IMG/VR virus record: IMGVR_UViG_3300044998_000080
DNA length: 51,853 nt
Strand: one strand, 5' to 3'
Source of the DNA: a virus
The translations under genes were made by a program, and so were the position numbers. Positions 15,312-23,631 of this stretch are shown piece by piece (position 1 is the stretch's first letter; every line of letters begins with the position of its first letter). The notes beneath the pieces are model-generated. The model was given only the letters and a program-made list of their open reading frames with translations, did not search any database and was not told where the DNA came from.

Positions 15312-17137
15312 CGACGACCTCGGATCACCAACGAGGCGAGGCCCGAGAGCGCCTCGATCACCGGCTCGGCGAGGTCGCTCGAGTAGATCGAGCACAAGCC
15401 CGACGGCGGCGACTCACGCGCGGCGGCGGCGAGAGCCCCGCGCCACGCCATGAACGCCAACGGGTTGTCTTTCGGCGCGAACCGCACGTCGGGAACGTTC
15501 GCGCTCTTCGCGAGGTTCTCGGCCAGGTCGGCGACGTAGGGCGTGAGGTCGGTCGCACCGACGCTCGGGGCGCAGTCGACGCACAACACGAGCCCGTTGA
15601 AGAGGCTCGCGCTCGCTTCGCCCGTGGCGATCGCCTCGGCGGCCGCGCTCGCGTTCTTCGAGCCCTTCGGCCGACCGCGACCGCGCTTCGCGGGCTCTTC
15701 GGGAGCGGCGGGCGGCGGCACGTTCGAGCCCGTCGCGGCGATCGCGGCGTTCGGCGAAACGGCGGCGGGCGGCGCGCTCGCGGCGAGTTCTTCGGGGTTC
15801 TTCGCGGCGGGCGGTTGATCGGGCGGCGCGACCGCGTTCGGCACGTCGACGATCAGCATTCGACGCGCGGGCTTCTCGGGCGCGGCGGGCGGCGTGCTCA
15901 CGGCGGAAGCCGACGCGGGCGGCGAGAGCGGCGGCAAGCCGAAGTGAGCCCGGCTCGTGTCGTCGTCGGTCACGTCGATCACTTCTTCGGTGAGCCCGAC
16001 GCGCGCGGGCGAACCGTCAGGCTTCGAGAAGAAGCCACCCGTCGGCGAGAGCGCCTCGAGGCGAGCGAGACCGCCCCCGCTCGGGAGCAAATACAGCTTG
16101 CCCGAGACCGCGTTCGCAACGGCGAGACGCACGAGACCGCCCGACGCGGCGGGAGGTGCCGACGCGGGAGCCGTCGCGGGAGCGACGACGGGCGGCGGCG
16201 AGTTCACGGCGGGAGCCGTCGCGGGAGCGGCGGCCGGGGTTGACTTCATGGCGCTTCGAACGGCGTCAACGAGACCCATGTTCGGATCTTCCTTCAAGGT
16301 AATCCCAGGGCGGGGCACGCCTGGGATCAGGGTTTGCGCGAAACGTCGCGCGGGCGCATTCGGGCATGTCGACAAGAAATCGCACCCGCCGAATTTCGAG
16401 CACGAATCTTCTCTTGCTGCAACTTCGAGATCAACGAGTCGCTTCGCGGCCTCTTGCATCGGCCCGTCAACAAGAGAGCAGATCTCGGCGAAGCGGTCAA
16501 GAATATGTTCGCGATCGAGTTCGACCGGAACCGCAAACGCGAGACGCGGCCCTTGCGTTTGGTGGTTATGGTGCGCGAACAAAACACTCTTCGCGCTCGG
16601 CCAGCGCATGAGGCACCAAGCCGCATAGACGATCGCTTGATCGTCGGTGCGAAGCTCTTCCTTTGTCTCGGCGTAGAGTTCGAGATCCTTCCTGAACTTG
16701 TGATCGATCACGATCGCTTGCCCGGCCTGGATCACGTCGGGCGGGAGAATGAGATCGGAATAACCGACGAACTCAACTCCTTTCGGCGTGAAGAGAGTCG
16801 GGTTCGTGATCGCGGCCTCAACGAGCAACGGGCCCTTTTGAAACGGCGCGTGCGGCACGTAAGGTTCGAGCAACTCGCTACCCGAGCGCGCAAGCGGCCC
16901 GCGCACGTCTTCACCCGTGAGCAAGTAATGTTCGATCTGTTTGTGCCCCGCGTCGCCGATCGCCTGACCTTTCGAGGGTGGCTTTTTCGGAAGGTGCGCG
17001 CGTTTGTCGTACCACCATTTTCGAGCGCAATCGCGAAACGCCTTGATTTGAGTCACTGAAACTCTTACGAGGCGGCCGTTCTCGATCGAGGCACGGCGCG
17101 AAGCGCGGTCTTCTTTCTTCACCGGGGCGTCGGTCAC
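15308..17137 (-). CDS. Cas4/RecB-like PD-(D/E)XK nuclease fused to a Pro/Ala-rich linker, an AT-hook and a C-terminal domain of unknown function
   Basis: TQIKAFRDCARKWWY, GYSDL...VIDHKFRKD, DQAIVYAAW, CSKFGGCDFLSTC. Then ~200 aa of P/A-rich sequence, then KRGRGRPKGSKN. Confidence 0.75.
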   Translation of the reverse strand: MTDAPVKKEDRASRRASIENGRLVRVSVTQIKAFRDCARKWWYDKRAHLPKKPPSKGQAIGDAGHKQIEHYLLTGEDVRGPLARSGSELLEPYVPHAPFQKGPLLVEAAITNPTLFTPKGVEFVGYSDLILPPDVIQAGQAIVIDHKFRKDLELYAETKEELRTDDQAIVYAAWCLMRWPSAKSVLFAHHNHQTQGPRLAFAVPVELDREHILDRFAEICSLVDGPMQEAAKRLVDLEVAAREDSCSKFGGCDFLSTCPNAPARRFAQTLIPGVPRPGITLKEDPNMGLVDAVRSAMKSTPAAAPATAPAVNSPPPVVAPATAPASAPPAASGGLVRLAVANAVSGKLYLLPSGGGLARLEALSPTGGFFSKPDGSPARVGLTEEVIDVTDDDTSRAHFGLPPLSPPASASAVSTPPAAPEKPARRMLIVDVPNAVAPPDQPPAAKNPEELAASAPPAAVSPNAAIAATGSNVPPPAAPEEPAKRGRGRPKGSKNASAAAEAIATGEASASLFNGLVLCVDCAPSVGATDLTPYVADLAENLAKSANVPDVRFAPKDNPLAFMAWRGALAAAARESPPSGLCSIYSSDLAEPVIEALSGLASLVIRGRR

Positions 17138-17379
17138 GCAACACTCTTACGCGGTTTCGAAACTTGAGTCAACGACACGGGCGCGCGAAATGCGCCAGGG
17201 CTCGCGAGGGCTCGCGAGAAATCACCCGCGTCGACCTTGATCGTGAGTTCGCTCGTACCATTCGGCCCTGGCACGTTGAGAATGAGCTTGACGAACTTGT
17301 GAGGCTTCGTGCTCGGGCCCGATGCGGTGTGCGTCGTGATCTCGCGCTCGAGTGACTCGACATGAACGGAAGGGCTCAC
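17134..17379 (-). CDS. Hypothetical protein
   Basis: 81-aa ORF. GTGA overlaps at both ends. Confidence 0.5.
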   Translation of the reverse strand: MSPSVHVESLEREITTHTASGPSTKPHKFVKLILNVPGPNGTSELTIKVDAGDFSRALASPGAFRAPVSLTQVSKPRKSVA

Positions 17380-17570
17380 GGGTTCTCGATCCTTTCTTCG
17401 CGTTGGTCTTCGCGCTCGGCCGCTTCAACTTGCACGCGGGCGAGTTGCTCGGCTTGCGACTCACCGCGAATAATCGCGCGCCTCGAGCGCTCGGGCACCA
17501 TGCGCCAATGGTGCGAGCAAAACTCGCTCGAGCGCTTTCCGCGTCGACATTTGCGCACGATGCAACTCAC
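17376..17570 (-). CDS. Small CCCH zinc-finger protein
   Basis: CIVRKCRRGKRSSEFCSHHW. The same C-x-V-x2-C-x9-C-S-x-H-[WY] pattern occurs in 20429..20737. Confidence 0.55.
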   Translation of the reverse strand: MSCIVRKCRRGKRSSEFCSHHWRMVPERSRRAIIRGESQAEQLARVQVEAAEREDQREERIENP

Positions 17571-17812
17571 GCGCGGGCCTCGGGAAACGCGTTGCGTGAG
17601 AGGTTCGCCTTGATCGCGTAGTCTCGAGCGTTTCGAATTTGCTCGATCAACGCGCTCGCCTGATCCTCGTCGAGAATCATCGCGGTTCCGAGTTCTTCAT
17701 TCTCGAGCACGACGACGATCGCGGTTTTCGGCCGATCGTCTACCGTGATTTCGCTCGCGATCACCTTGATCGATTCCATGAGCCGAGCGGGCTTGTTGTT
17801 ATCATCACTCAT
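17567..17812 (-). CDS. Hypothetical acidic protein
   Basis: 81-aa ORF. ATG start overlapping the primase stop by 8 nt. Confidence 0.55.
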   Translation of the reverse strand: MSDDNNKPARLMESIKVIASEITVDDRPKTAIVVVLENEELGTAMILDEDQASALIEQIRNARDYAIKANLSRNAFPEARA

Positions 17813-20432
17813 GAGCTTCTTTCCTCTCGCTGATTACCGAGTTCTCGGTGTGAAGTTTCGTGCGAATCGCGCCAACGTCGCCGATCTGAAGTCGCTCAAC
17901 CCAATTCAGGATCAAGCCCGCGTCGATTCGGTGGAACGTGATCGACTTGCCTTGAACGATTGCCGATGCGCCCTCGTGCGAGAGCGAGCGCAACGCGCGG
18001 CCGAGTTGCGCGGCCGTCGGCACTTTGACCGAAGGCACGTAGCGCAACCAATGCGATTCTTTCGCGAGCGCTTCGGTGTTGACCCACACTTCGCCCGAGC
18101 CGAACATGACAAGCGGTGTCGGGATCGGCGCAACGTCGGCCAGGTAGCGAGCGAGCCATTCGCACACGAGCGACGCCATACCCGCGCCCGTTGCGAGGTG
18201 TCGATGAAACTCGCTGGCGTTGCCTTCGACGAGAAAACGCGCGCCCTCGTTGACCGTGCGATTCGCTCGCAACCAAAGCGAGTGTTCGGCGATCATGTCG
18301 TGCTCGATCCAGCGAGTGATCGTCGGCGGCCCGCCGATGCTCTCGAGGTATTCCTTCGGCCGGTTGTCGGATCGCAAGTAATAGATGCGGCTCGCGATCG
18401 CCTCGAGGTCATTCGCCGAAAGCTCTTCGCCCGTGTCGAGAAGCCGATCGTTATTGCCCGCGATGATCACGCGCACGGCACCCTCGAGCGGTGCGGTCGG
18501 GAGAAACTTTCGATTCAGGGTGCGTTTCGTCGACCCGATGAAACGACGAAGCTCGGCCGTGATTCCCTTGCGCGTAGGAAGCGCTTCGTCGGCCAGCACG
18601 AGCGGACACGCGATCAACGACTCGTTGAATCCGTCGAGAACGCGCGCAAGCTCACTCGGCCCGCCCGTTGTCCAAAGGCGAGCGAGACCCGACGCGAGAA
18701 GCGTTTTCCCGATTCCGCCCGGCCCGTCGAGATACACGGCGCACGACTGACGATCGAGACGAGAAGCGGTCGCGACCCAATCGAGCAACCGCAACGAGGG
18801 ATCGAGCAAGCGAAGCCACATGTCGACTTGCTCGTGAAAGCGCGGCTCGAGTCGGCGGATTGGTGTCGTCGCCTCGAAGAACGTTTGCGAGGTCGGCTCG
18901 TAGTAGCTTCGTTGCAGCGAGAGCGACGCTTCTACCTGACGCGCAACGGTCGAATAGTCGTGAAGGATCGCGCGCACCTCACGCATTCGCGTATTGCCCC
19001 GCTGATCGGTCGCGAAGAGCGAAACGGGAGCGCGGGCCAGGTCACGCACGATCGAATGCTCGAGGTTCGAGCGCGGGATCGGCGGGAGGTAGCGACCCTC
19101 AACGAAAATGTAGAACGAATCAGCCCGCGCGATGATCCATCGGCGTTGGAAGTCGAGAACGTCGACGCACCGTTGAGCCCGAGCCCATTCGGCAAGCTCG
19201 CTCTCTTCGTAGGGCCCGATCACCGTCGGCGCGGCCGAGGTCTCGAGCGATTCCGAACTTCCTGGCGCGTCGCCCGTCGGCGTGTTCGAGGTCGCGACCC
19301 GATCGGGAATGTGACCCGAGCGAGCGGCCTCGGCGCGAAGTCGACCGAAGATTTCCTCATTTGTTGCGGCTCGCGCGGCGTCGTGAGCGATCCGACGCTC
19401 GAGCGCGCGATCGAGCTTCTTTCGGGCCTCTTCGTGCCAATCTTCGAGTTCGCCCGAGGGAAGGATCTTGCGCTCGAATCGACCGACGCTCTCGGCCAGG
19501 ATCGCGAGAAGTACACCCGTCGGGATCGTCGGCGGAACCGCGAAGCGTGCGGCCGCACACAAGCGGTTCAAGGTGTCGTCGCGCGAACCCTCTTCGGCGA
19601 GTTGCTCACCCTTGAGAGCGCGCTTGATCAGGTCGGCGTTTCGCCCGCCCGCGCTCGAGAGCAGCTTGCGAACGTGCTCGAGATCGACGGGTTGATCGTG
19701 CGCGGCGTGCGCGGCGGCTCGAGCTTCGGCGATCTTCGAGTCGGCGATCTCGCTCGCCCGCGCGGTGATCAGCAAGGCGCGCGATTCGGTCAAGATCTCG
19801 TCGACGTTGAGCGGCGCGGTTCCGTCAGTCGTCGCGGCGAACGTCAACGCGTCGGGCGGCGCGGCCGGGAGGTAATAGAGGCGCGCGGGATCTTTGGTGC
19901 TCGGGTCGTTGTAGAAGCCGAACCGCTTTTCGACACCCGCTCGAAACGGCACGTTCTCGGCCGGGAGCAACGGGCGCGAGAGTTTGAACGCGATTCGACA
20001 CTTCGGGCGTTCGGGGTTGTAGCGGTAGCTTGAATGCACAACGGCGGCGACGCCTGACGATTCGATCGACTCGAGCACGCGGCCGAAGGTCTCGGGATCG
20101 ATCGGCTCTTTGGGCGCTCTCTCGTCGAGATCGAACACGCCAACGGTCACACGTTCGACGTTCACCGCGAGACGCTTCGAGCCTGGCTTGAACTCGGCCG
20201 GAACCCACGCGGGCCCGCTCTTGCCCGAATCCGTTGAGCCCGTGCCTTTGCACGCATCACACCCGGTGCCCGCGCCTTCACACCTCGGGCACGGGAGCGA
20301 CGGGCGGCGATCGTGGTGAAGCAAAAGCGCGGTGAGGTCTTCCCACGGGAGCGCGATCGGCTTCGGCTGATTATCGCGCTCGTGATCGAAGAGCGCGAGC
20401 GTAATTTGATCGGTCATGGGCGGGCGGCTCAC
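17805..20432 (-). CDS. Primase-helicase (AEP prim-pol domain + D5/P4-like SF3 helicase)
   Basis: VGVFDLDE and VVHSSYR (AEP-like). YLDGPGGIGKTLLA (Walker A) and PLVLADEAL (Walker B). N-terminal CPRCEGAGTGCDACKGTG. Confidence 0.8.
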   Translation of the reverse strand: MSRPPMTDQITLALFDHERDNQPKPIALPWEDLTALLLHHDRRPSLPCPRCEGAGTGCDACKGTGSTDSGKSGPAWVPAEFKPGSKRLAVNVERVTVGVFDLDERAPKEPIDPETFGRVLESIESSGVAAVVHSSYRYNPERPKCRIAFKLSRPLLPAENVPFRAGVEKRFGFYNDPSTKDPARLYYLPAAPPDALTFAATTDGTAPLNVDEILTESRALLITARASEIADSKIAEARAAAHAAHDQPVDLEHVRKLLSSAGGRNADLIKRALKGEQLAEEGSRDDTLNRLCAAARFAVPPTIPTGVLLAILAESVGRFERKILPSGELEDWHEEARKKLDRALERRIAHDAARAATNEEIFGRLRAEAARSGHIPDRVATSNTPTGDAPGSSESLETSAAPTVIGPYEESELAEWARAQRCVDVLDFQRRWIIARADSFYIFVEGRYLPPIPRSNLEHSIVRDLARAPVSLFATDQRGNTRMREVRAILHDYSTVARQVEASLSLQRSYYEPTSQTFFEATTPIRRLEPRFHEQVDMWLRLLDPSLRLLDWVATASRLDRQSCAVYLDGPGGIGKTLLASGLARLWTTGGPSELARVLDGFNESLIACPLVLADEALPTRKGITAELRRFIGSTKRTLNRKFLPTAPLEGAVRVIIAGNNDRLLDTGEELSANDLEAIASRIYYLRSDNRPKEYLESIGGPPTITRWIEHDMIAEHSLWLRANRTVNEGARFLVEGNASEFHRHLATGAGMASLVCEWLARYLADVAPIPTPLVMFGSGEVWVNTEALAKESHWLRYVPSVKVPTAAQLGRALRSLSHEGASAIVQGKSITFHRIDAGLILNWVERLQIGDVGAIRTKLHTENSVISERKEAHE

Positions 20433-20737
20433 TTCGACGAGCGACGAGCCTCACGCTTCGAGCGCACGGCGTCAAGGGTCGTCTTGACGTGCGCTTCGAC
20501 GATCGAGCGAACGAACTCGCTCGCGCTCTTCTTCGCCTTGCGGGCCTCGAGGAACACGGCCGCCTTGCCGTCGCGAGAGAGAGTGAAGTTCACGGTCGCG
20601 CCTTCACCGGGCTTCGAGATCGAGCGGCTCTTTCCGAGCCGACCTCGGCGATCTTGCATGTAGTGACGAGAGCACATGCCTTTTGCTCGCGCCCCCTCGT
20701 TACAGCCCGCGACCTCACACTTCGTTTCGGTGCTCAT
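20429..20737 (-). CDS. CCCH zinc finger + ribbon-helix-helix-like DNA-binding protein
   Basis: CEVAGCNEGARAKGMCSRHY, then VNFTLSRDGKAAVFLEARKAKKSASEFVRSIV. SD is AAAGG. Confidence 0.6.
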   Translation of the reverse strand: MSTETKCEVAGCNEGARAKGMCSRHYMQDRRGRLGKSRSISKPGEGATVNFTLSRDGKAAVFLEARKAKKSASEFVRSIVEAHVKTTLDAVRSKREARRSSK

Positions 20738-20774
20738 GGTGCCTTTGCTACTACTCTTCGGGTGAGAGTGTCAA
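20738..20774 (-). promoter_or_regulatory. Candidate internal promoter sharing the TTGACACTCTCACCCGA box with the 25177-25210 cassette
   Basis: Minus strand reads TTGACACTCTCACCCGAAGAGTAGTAGCAAAGGCACC-ATG. The -10 is weak and uncertain. This one has a leader. Confidence 0.35.
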
Positions 20775-21194
20775 CTAGAGAACTTCGGCCAGGTCTCGAA
20801 CGTGCCAGTCGCCGAGTTCGATCCACCCGGCGATCTCGCTCACGCGACGCTCGAACGCGTGATCGTGAAGGTCGTTCTTTCGTTCGACCCATTCGACGAC
20901 GTGCGCGCATTCGTGCGCCAGGGTGAGCCAGGTCGCGCACGGGTCAAGCTCGAGGCGACCGAAGCGCAACGACCCGCGCGTTTGCAGGTCGGCAATCGAA
21001 GTGTGGAGCTTGTCACACGAGCGATTGCGCTTGATCGAGGTCACGAGCGGGCGGCCGATCAACGATCGACCGATCGCGTTCAACCGCTCGAGGTGACGCA
21101 CGAAAGCCCACGCGCCACGAAGCGAGACCGGGTGACACGCGAGTTCGGGCCAGCGCTCGAGTTCTCGCGCGTACACCTTGAACGCGTAGCGCAT
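20775..21194 (-). CDS. SprT-like zinc metalloprotease
   Basis: 139 aa with LTLAHECAHVVEW (HExxH) and a downstream HDHAF. Confidence 0.6.
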   Translation of the reverse strand: MRYAFKVYARELERWPELACHPVSLRGAWAFVRHLERLNAIGRSLIGRPLVTSIKRNRSCDKLHTSIADLQTRGSLRFGRLELDPCATWLTLAHECAHVVEWVERKNDLHDHAFERRVSEIAGWIELGDWHVRDLAEVL

Positions 21195-21196
21195 GG

Positions 21197-21403
21197 TCAG
21201 CGAATCCGAACGCGACCTTCGCGGTTGAGATCGAGCCCGTCTTGAGTCTCGTCAATCTCAACGTTCGTTGAGAGAGCGATCACCTCGTCGACGTTGAGCA
21301 GCACGCCGATCTCGTCGGTATTGATCTTCGCGAGGATCTCTTTCGCGAGCGTGCTCTTACCCGACGCGTGCGGCCCGCTGATCAGGACCTTGATCGTTCG
21401 CAT
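21197..21403 (-). CDS. 68-aa protein with a Walker A motif only
   Basis: MRTIKVLISGPHASGKSTLAKEIL... No Walker B or lid region fits in 68 aa. Confidence 0.5.
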   Translation of the reverse strand: MRTIKVLISGPHASGKSTLAKEILAKINTDEIGVLLNVDEVIALSTNVEIDETQDGLDLNREGRVRIR

Positions 21404-21404
21404 G

Positions 21405-21617
21405 TCACACGCTCCCGAGCAACTCGTGATAAGTCAGATCGATCTCGTCGCCCGGCTTGCGCTTGCTCTTCGCTTCGTTGTACGCGGCGATCGCGAGTTC
21501 GCGAATGTCGAACACGATCTCAAACTCGGTCGGGCTCGCCTTACCGACGGCCGAGATCGTGTTGAAGCGGTTCGGGAGCTTCGTGTCACGCGTGCGAATC
21601 TTGAGAACGTAGCTCAT
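21405..21617 (-). CDS. Hypothetical protein
   Basis: ATG 21617 in an ATGA overlap (MSYVLKIRTRD...). The upstream part of the track ORF is Arg-rich junk. Confidence 0.5.
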   Translation of the reverse strand: MSYVLKIRTRDTKLPNRFNTISAVGKASPTEFEIVFDIRELAIAAYNEAKSKRKPGDEIDLTYHELLGSV

Positions 21618-21916
21618 TTCTTCCTCTTGAATGCATCGGGGTTGTTGTAGCGAAAGCCGAAGGTTTCGTTCTTCCTCTTCTGACGCTCGATCTTGCGCTG
21701 CTCTTCGGCCTCGAGCTTCGCGCGCTTTTCGTTCTCGTGCTCGAACACGAGGTTCGCAAGGCGGTTGATCTTCTCGCTTCGCTTGCCAGGGTAGAAGCAA
21801 TGAACGCCTCGGTGCCCTGGCGAAAGCGAGCAATAGGCGACCTCGAACGTGAGAACGCCCGCGCTCGAGCCGAGGTGATACGCGAACCGAGCCGAGCAAA
21901 ACTCGAGCGGCTTCAC
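21614..21916 (-). CDS. Hypothetical protein with a basic C-terminus
   Basis: 100-aa ORF. GTGA overlap at the start. Confidence 0.5.
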   Translation of the reverse strand: MKPLEFCSARFAYHLGSSAGVLTFEVAYCSLSPGHRGVHCFYPGKRSEKINRLANLVFEHENEKRAKLEAEEQRKIERQKRKNETFGFRYNNPDAFKRKK

Positions 21917-22131
21917 GGCGCGATCTCTCGGTCGACGAACTCGATCGCGGCGGCGAAGACCTTCGAGATCGCGTCGGCGCGGTTGCGGCCGCTCTCGATC
22001 AACTCGCGGTAGCGAAGCTCTTGCGTTTCGTCAGTCTCGATCGAGAACGTGATCCGCATGTTCGCGTGGCACATGTCGTCAACCGTGCGAGTCGAGATCT
22101 TGAGAGCCTTGATCACCTTGTCGTGAGCCAT
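21913..22131 (-). CDS. Hypothetical small protein (possible RHH-type regulator)
   Basis: ATG 22131 is preceded by GAGGTGAACAA. Translation: MAHDKVIKALKISTRTVDDMCHANMRITFSIE... Confidence 0.5.
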   Translation of the reverse strand: MAHDKVIKALKISTRTVDDMCHANMRITFSIETDETQELRYRELIESGRNRADAISKVFAAAIEFVDREIAP

Positions 22132-22135
22132 TTGT

Positions 22136-22435
22136 TCACCTCGAACCGATCGTGAAGGCACGACACGCGCGCGGATCGGTCGGCACGCACGGGTCAGGGT
22201 AGAAGTTGAAACACTTTCGAATGAACCCCTCGGCGTCACGCTCTAACACGACGCAAAGCCCAGGGTAAAGGTGCAAGTAATGACCGGGCTCGAGCACGTC
22301 GACGCCGTTCGGGGTTTCGCCGATCACGACCGAGGGAAGCGGCGGCGGCTCGATCTCGGGCTCGAGCGGGCCACACGCCACGAAGAGAAACGCGGTGAGG
22401 TAAAGAGCGCGCACGGTTCGCCTTTCAGTCGCCAT
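22136..22435 (-). CDS. Putative lipoprotein
   Basis: MATERRTVRALYLTAFLFVAC-GPLE: basic n-region, hydrophobic core, lipobox-like FVAC. Confidence 0.5.
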   Translation of the reverse strand: MATERRTVRALYLTAFLFVACGPLEPEIEPPPLPSVVIGETPNGVDVLEPGHYLHLYPGLCVVLERDAEGFIRKCFNFYPDPCVPTDPRACRAFTIGSR

Positions 22436-22507
22436 AGCCGAGGGTGCCGTTGAACTCGCGCACATTGAGCGGCGAGACCCATTCGCGGCGATCCTCGTAG
22501 TAGAAGC

Positions 22508-22975
22508 TCACGAACACGTCGAAAACGTGCCCCTCGGTGTCGGCCTCGATCTTCCGAACGTGCGCTTCGCCTTTCGGGCGCACCTCGAGCCGCAAAAGCG
22601 CTTCGGCCGATTCCCGCGCCCGTCGGCGCGCTTCGGCGCACCCTGGATCGGCTTGCCACACTCGAGGCACGTCGACGGGCGTTCGACGGCGCGCGCTTCG
22701 GTCGCCTTGCGGTTGTGGAACCTCACGCGGCATTTATCCGAGCAATACGAGCGCAACCAACCCTTGCCCGTGCCACGGTGATCGAATTCGCGACCGCACC
22801 CTTTGCAGGGCTCGATCGTCGACCGCTTCAACCGTGGGGCTCGAGCGTCGGCGGCCGCAACGCGTTTCACCTCGAGGTCATGCGCTCGAAGGTCGTAGGC
22901 GATTGCGCTCGCAACGGGCCAGGGCTCACCGTACCCGAGAAGCTCGAGCGTTTCCGAGTCGAGTTCGAGGCTCAC
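22508..22975 (-). CDS. Double zinc-ribbon protein
   Basis: Two units: CKGCGREF...YCSDKCRVRF and CLECGKPI...FCGSRCARKA. GTGA overlap at the start. Confidence 0.6.
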   Translation of the reverse strand: MSLELDSETLELLGYGEPWPVASAIAYDLRAHDLEVKRVAAADARAPRLKRSTIEPCKGCGREFDHRGTGKGWLRSYCSDKCRVRFHNRKATEARAVERPSTCLECGKPIQGAPKRADGRGNRPKRFCGSRCARKAKRTFGRSRPTPRGTFSTCS

Positions 22976-23418
22976 GTTTTGTTCTCGAGGTCAGCTGCGT
23001 TCATTTCCTGGATCGCCCGCTCTTCAGGATCTTTGATTCGGCTGATCCAGATCCTTCGACCCGCGATCGTGAGTTCGATCGCTTCCGCGAAGTTGGTTGC
23101 GGTCTTCTCGAACTTCCCGCCCTTCGCGTGACCGAGTGCCTCGAGCTTGCGCGCATACTGGCGCGCGGTGACCGTTGAGAGCCCCGTTTCACGCACGAGC
23201 CCCGCGACCGTCAACGCGCCGCACCTCGCGAGCGCATCGCGCACGAGGGCTTGCCCGTGGGGCTCGGCGAAGTCGAATCCTTCGGTCTCGGCTCGAACCT
23301 TGTTGATCAAGCTCTCGAACGCCAGCGAGAGATCGTCGATTTTTCGAATCCTGGCGTAGCGCTGGATCCAGTCGAACGCGGGGTGAGACAAGAGGATTTG
23401 AAGCGGTTGTTTTTCCAT
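22972..23418 (-). CDS. Winged-helix DNA-binding protein, first gene of the leftward unit
   Basis: 148 aa. LTVAGLVRETGLSTVTARQYARKLEALG. ATG with a GAGG SD. Confidence 0.6.
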   Translation of the reverse strand: MEKQPLQILLSHPAFDWIQRYARIRKIDDLSLAFESLINKVRAETEGFDFAEPHGQALVRDALARCGALTVAGLVRETGLSTVTARQYARKLEALGHAKGGKFEKTATNFAEAIELTIAGRRIWISRIKDPEERAIQEMNAADLENKT

Positions 23419-23437
23419 TTTTCGACCTCGTTTTATT

Positions 23438-23465
23438 CCGAGAAATTCGGAAACGGCAGTTTCCC
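23438..23465. repeat. Operator-like repeat, left copy (contains the dyad GGAAAC-GGCA-GTTTCC)
   Basis: CCGAGAAATTCGGAAACGGCAGTTTCCC. 20 of 28 positions are identical to 23555-23582. Confidence 0.5.
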
Positions 23466-23478
23466 AACTAACGCGCGC

Positions 23479-23490
23479 GATCTATAGATC
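23479..23490. promoter_or_regulatory. Perfect 12-bp palindrome GATCTATAGATC, operator candidate at the predicted PL start site
   Basis: Read directly from the sequence. It lies immediately downstream of the candidate PL -10. Confidence 0.5.
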
Positions 23491-23518
23491 AATATCATCA
23501 CTTCTTTCTATATGTCAA
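23491..23518 (-). promoter_or_regulatory. Candidate leftward promoter PL
   Basis: Minus strand reads TTGACA (23518-23513), 16 nt, GATATT (23496-23491). This is the AT-richest part of the window. Confidence 0.4.
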
Positions 23519-23554
23519 GAGAGAAAGAGGATCATTGGTAGTAGTAGGTAGCGG

Positions 23555-23582
23555 CCGAGATTTCGGGAAACCGCCGTTTTCG
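23555..23582. repeat. Operator-like repeat, right copy
   Basis: CCGAGATTTCGGGAAACCGCCGTTTTCG, just upstream of the PR -35. Confidence 0.5.
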
Positions 23583-23591
23583 ATTTTCGAA

Positions 23592-23621
23592 TTGACAAAG
23601 GCGAATTTTCACCCGTAAATT
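23592..23621 (+). promoter_or_regulatory. Candidate rightward promoter PR
   Basis: TTGACA (23592-23597), 18 nt, TAAATT (23616-23621). The ATG at 23632 is only 10 nt downstream, so the leader is very short or absent. Confidence 0.4.
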
Positions 23622-23631
23622 CACGCTCACC

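Noticed and set aside
17745-20033. 762-aa plus-strand ORF antisense to the primase-helicase
   Set aside because: Extremely Arg-rich with no motifs or SD, and it lies opposite a gene with clear Walker and AEP motifs. This is a typical high-GC antisense artefact.
22425-22511. 28-aa ORF starting at a GTGA overlap after the double zinc-ribbon gene
   Set aside because: It fits the coupling pattern but is very short and overlaps the lipoprotein start. Left unannotated.
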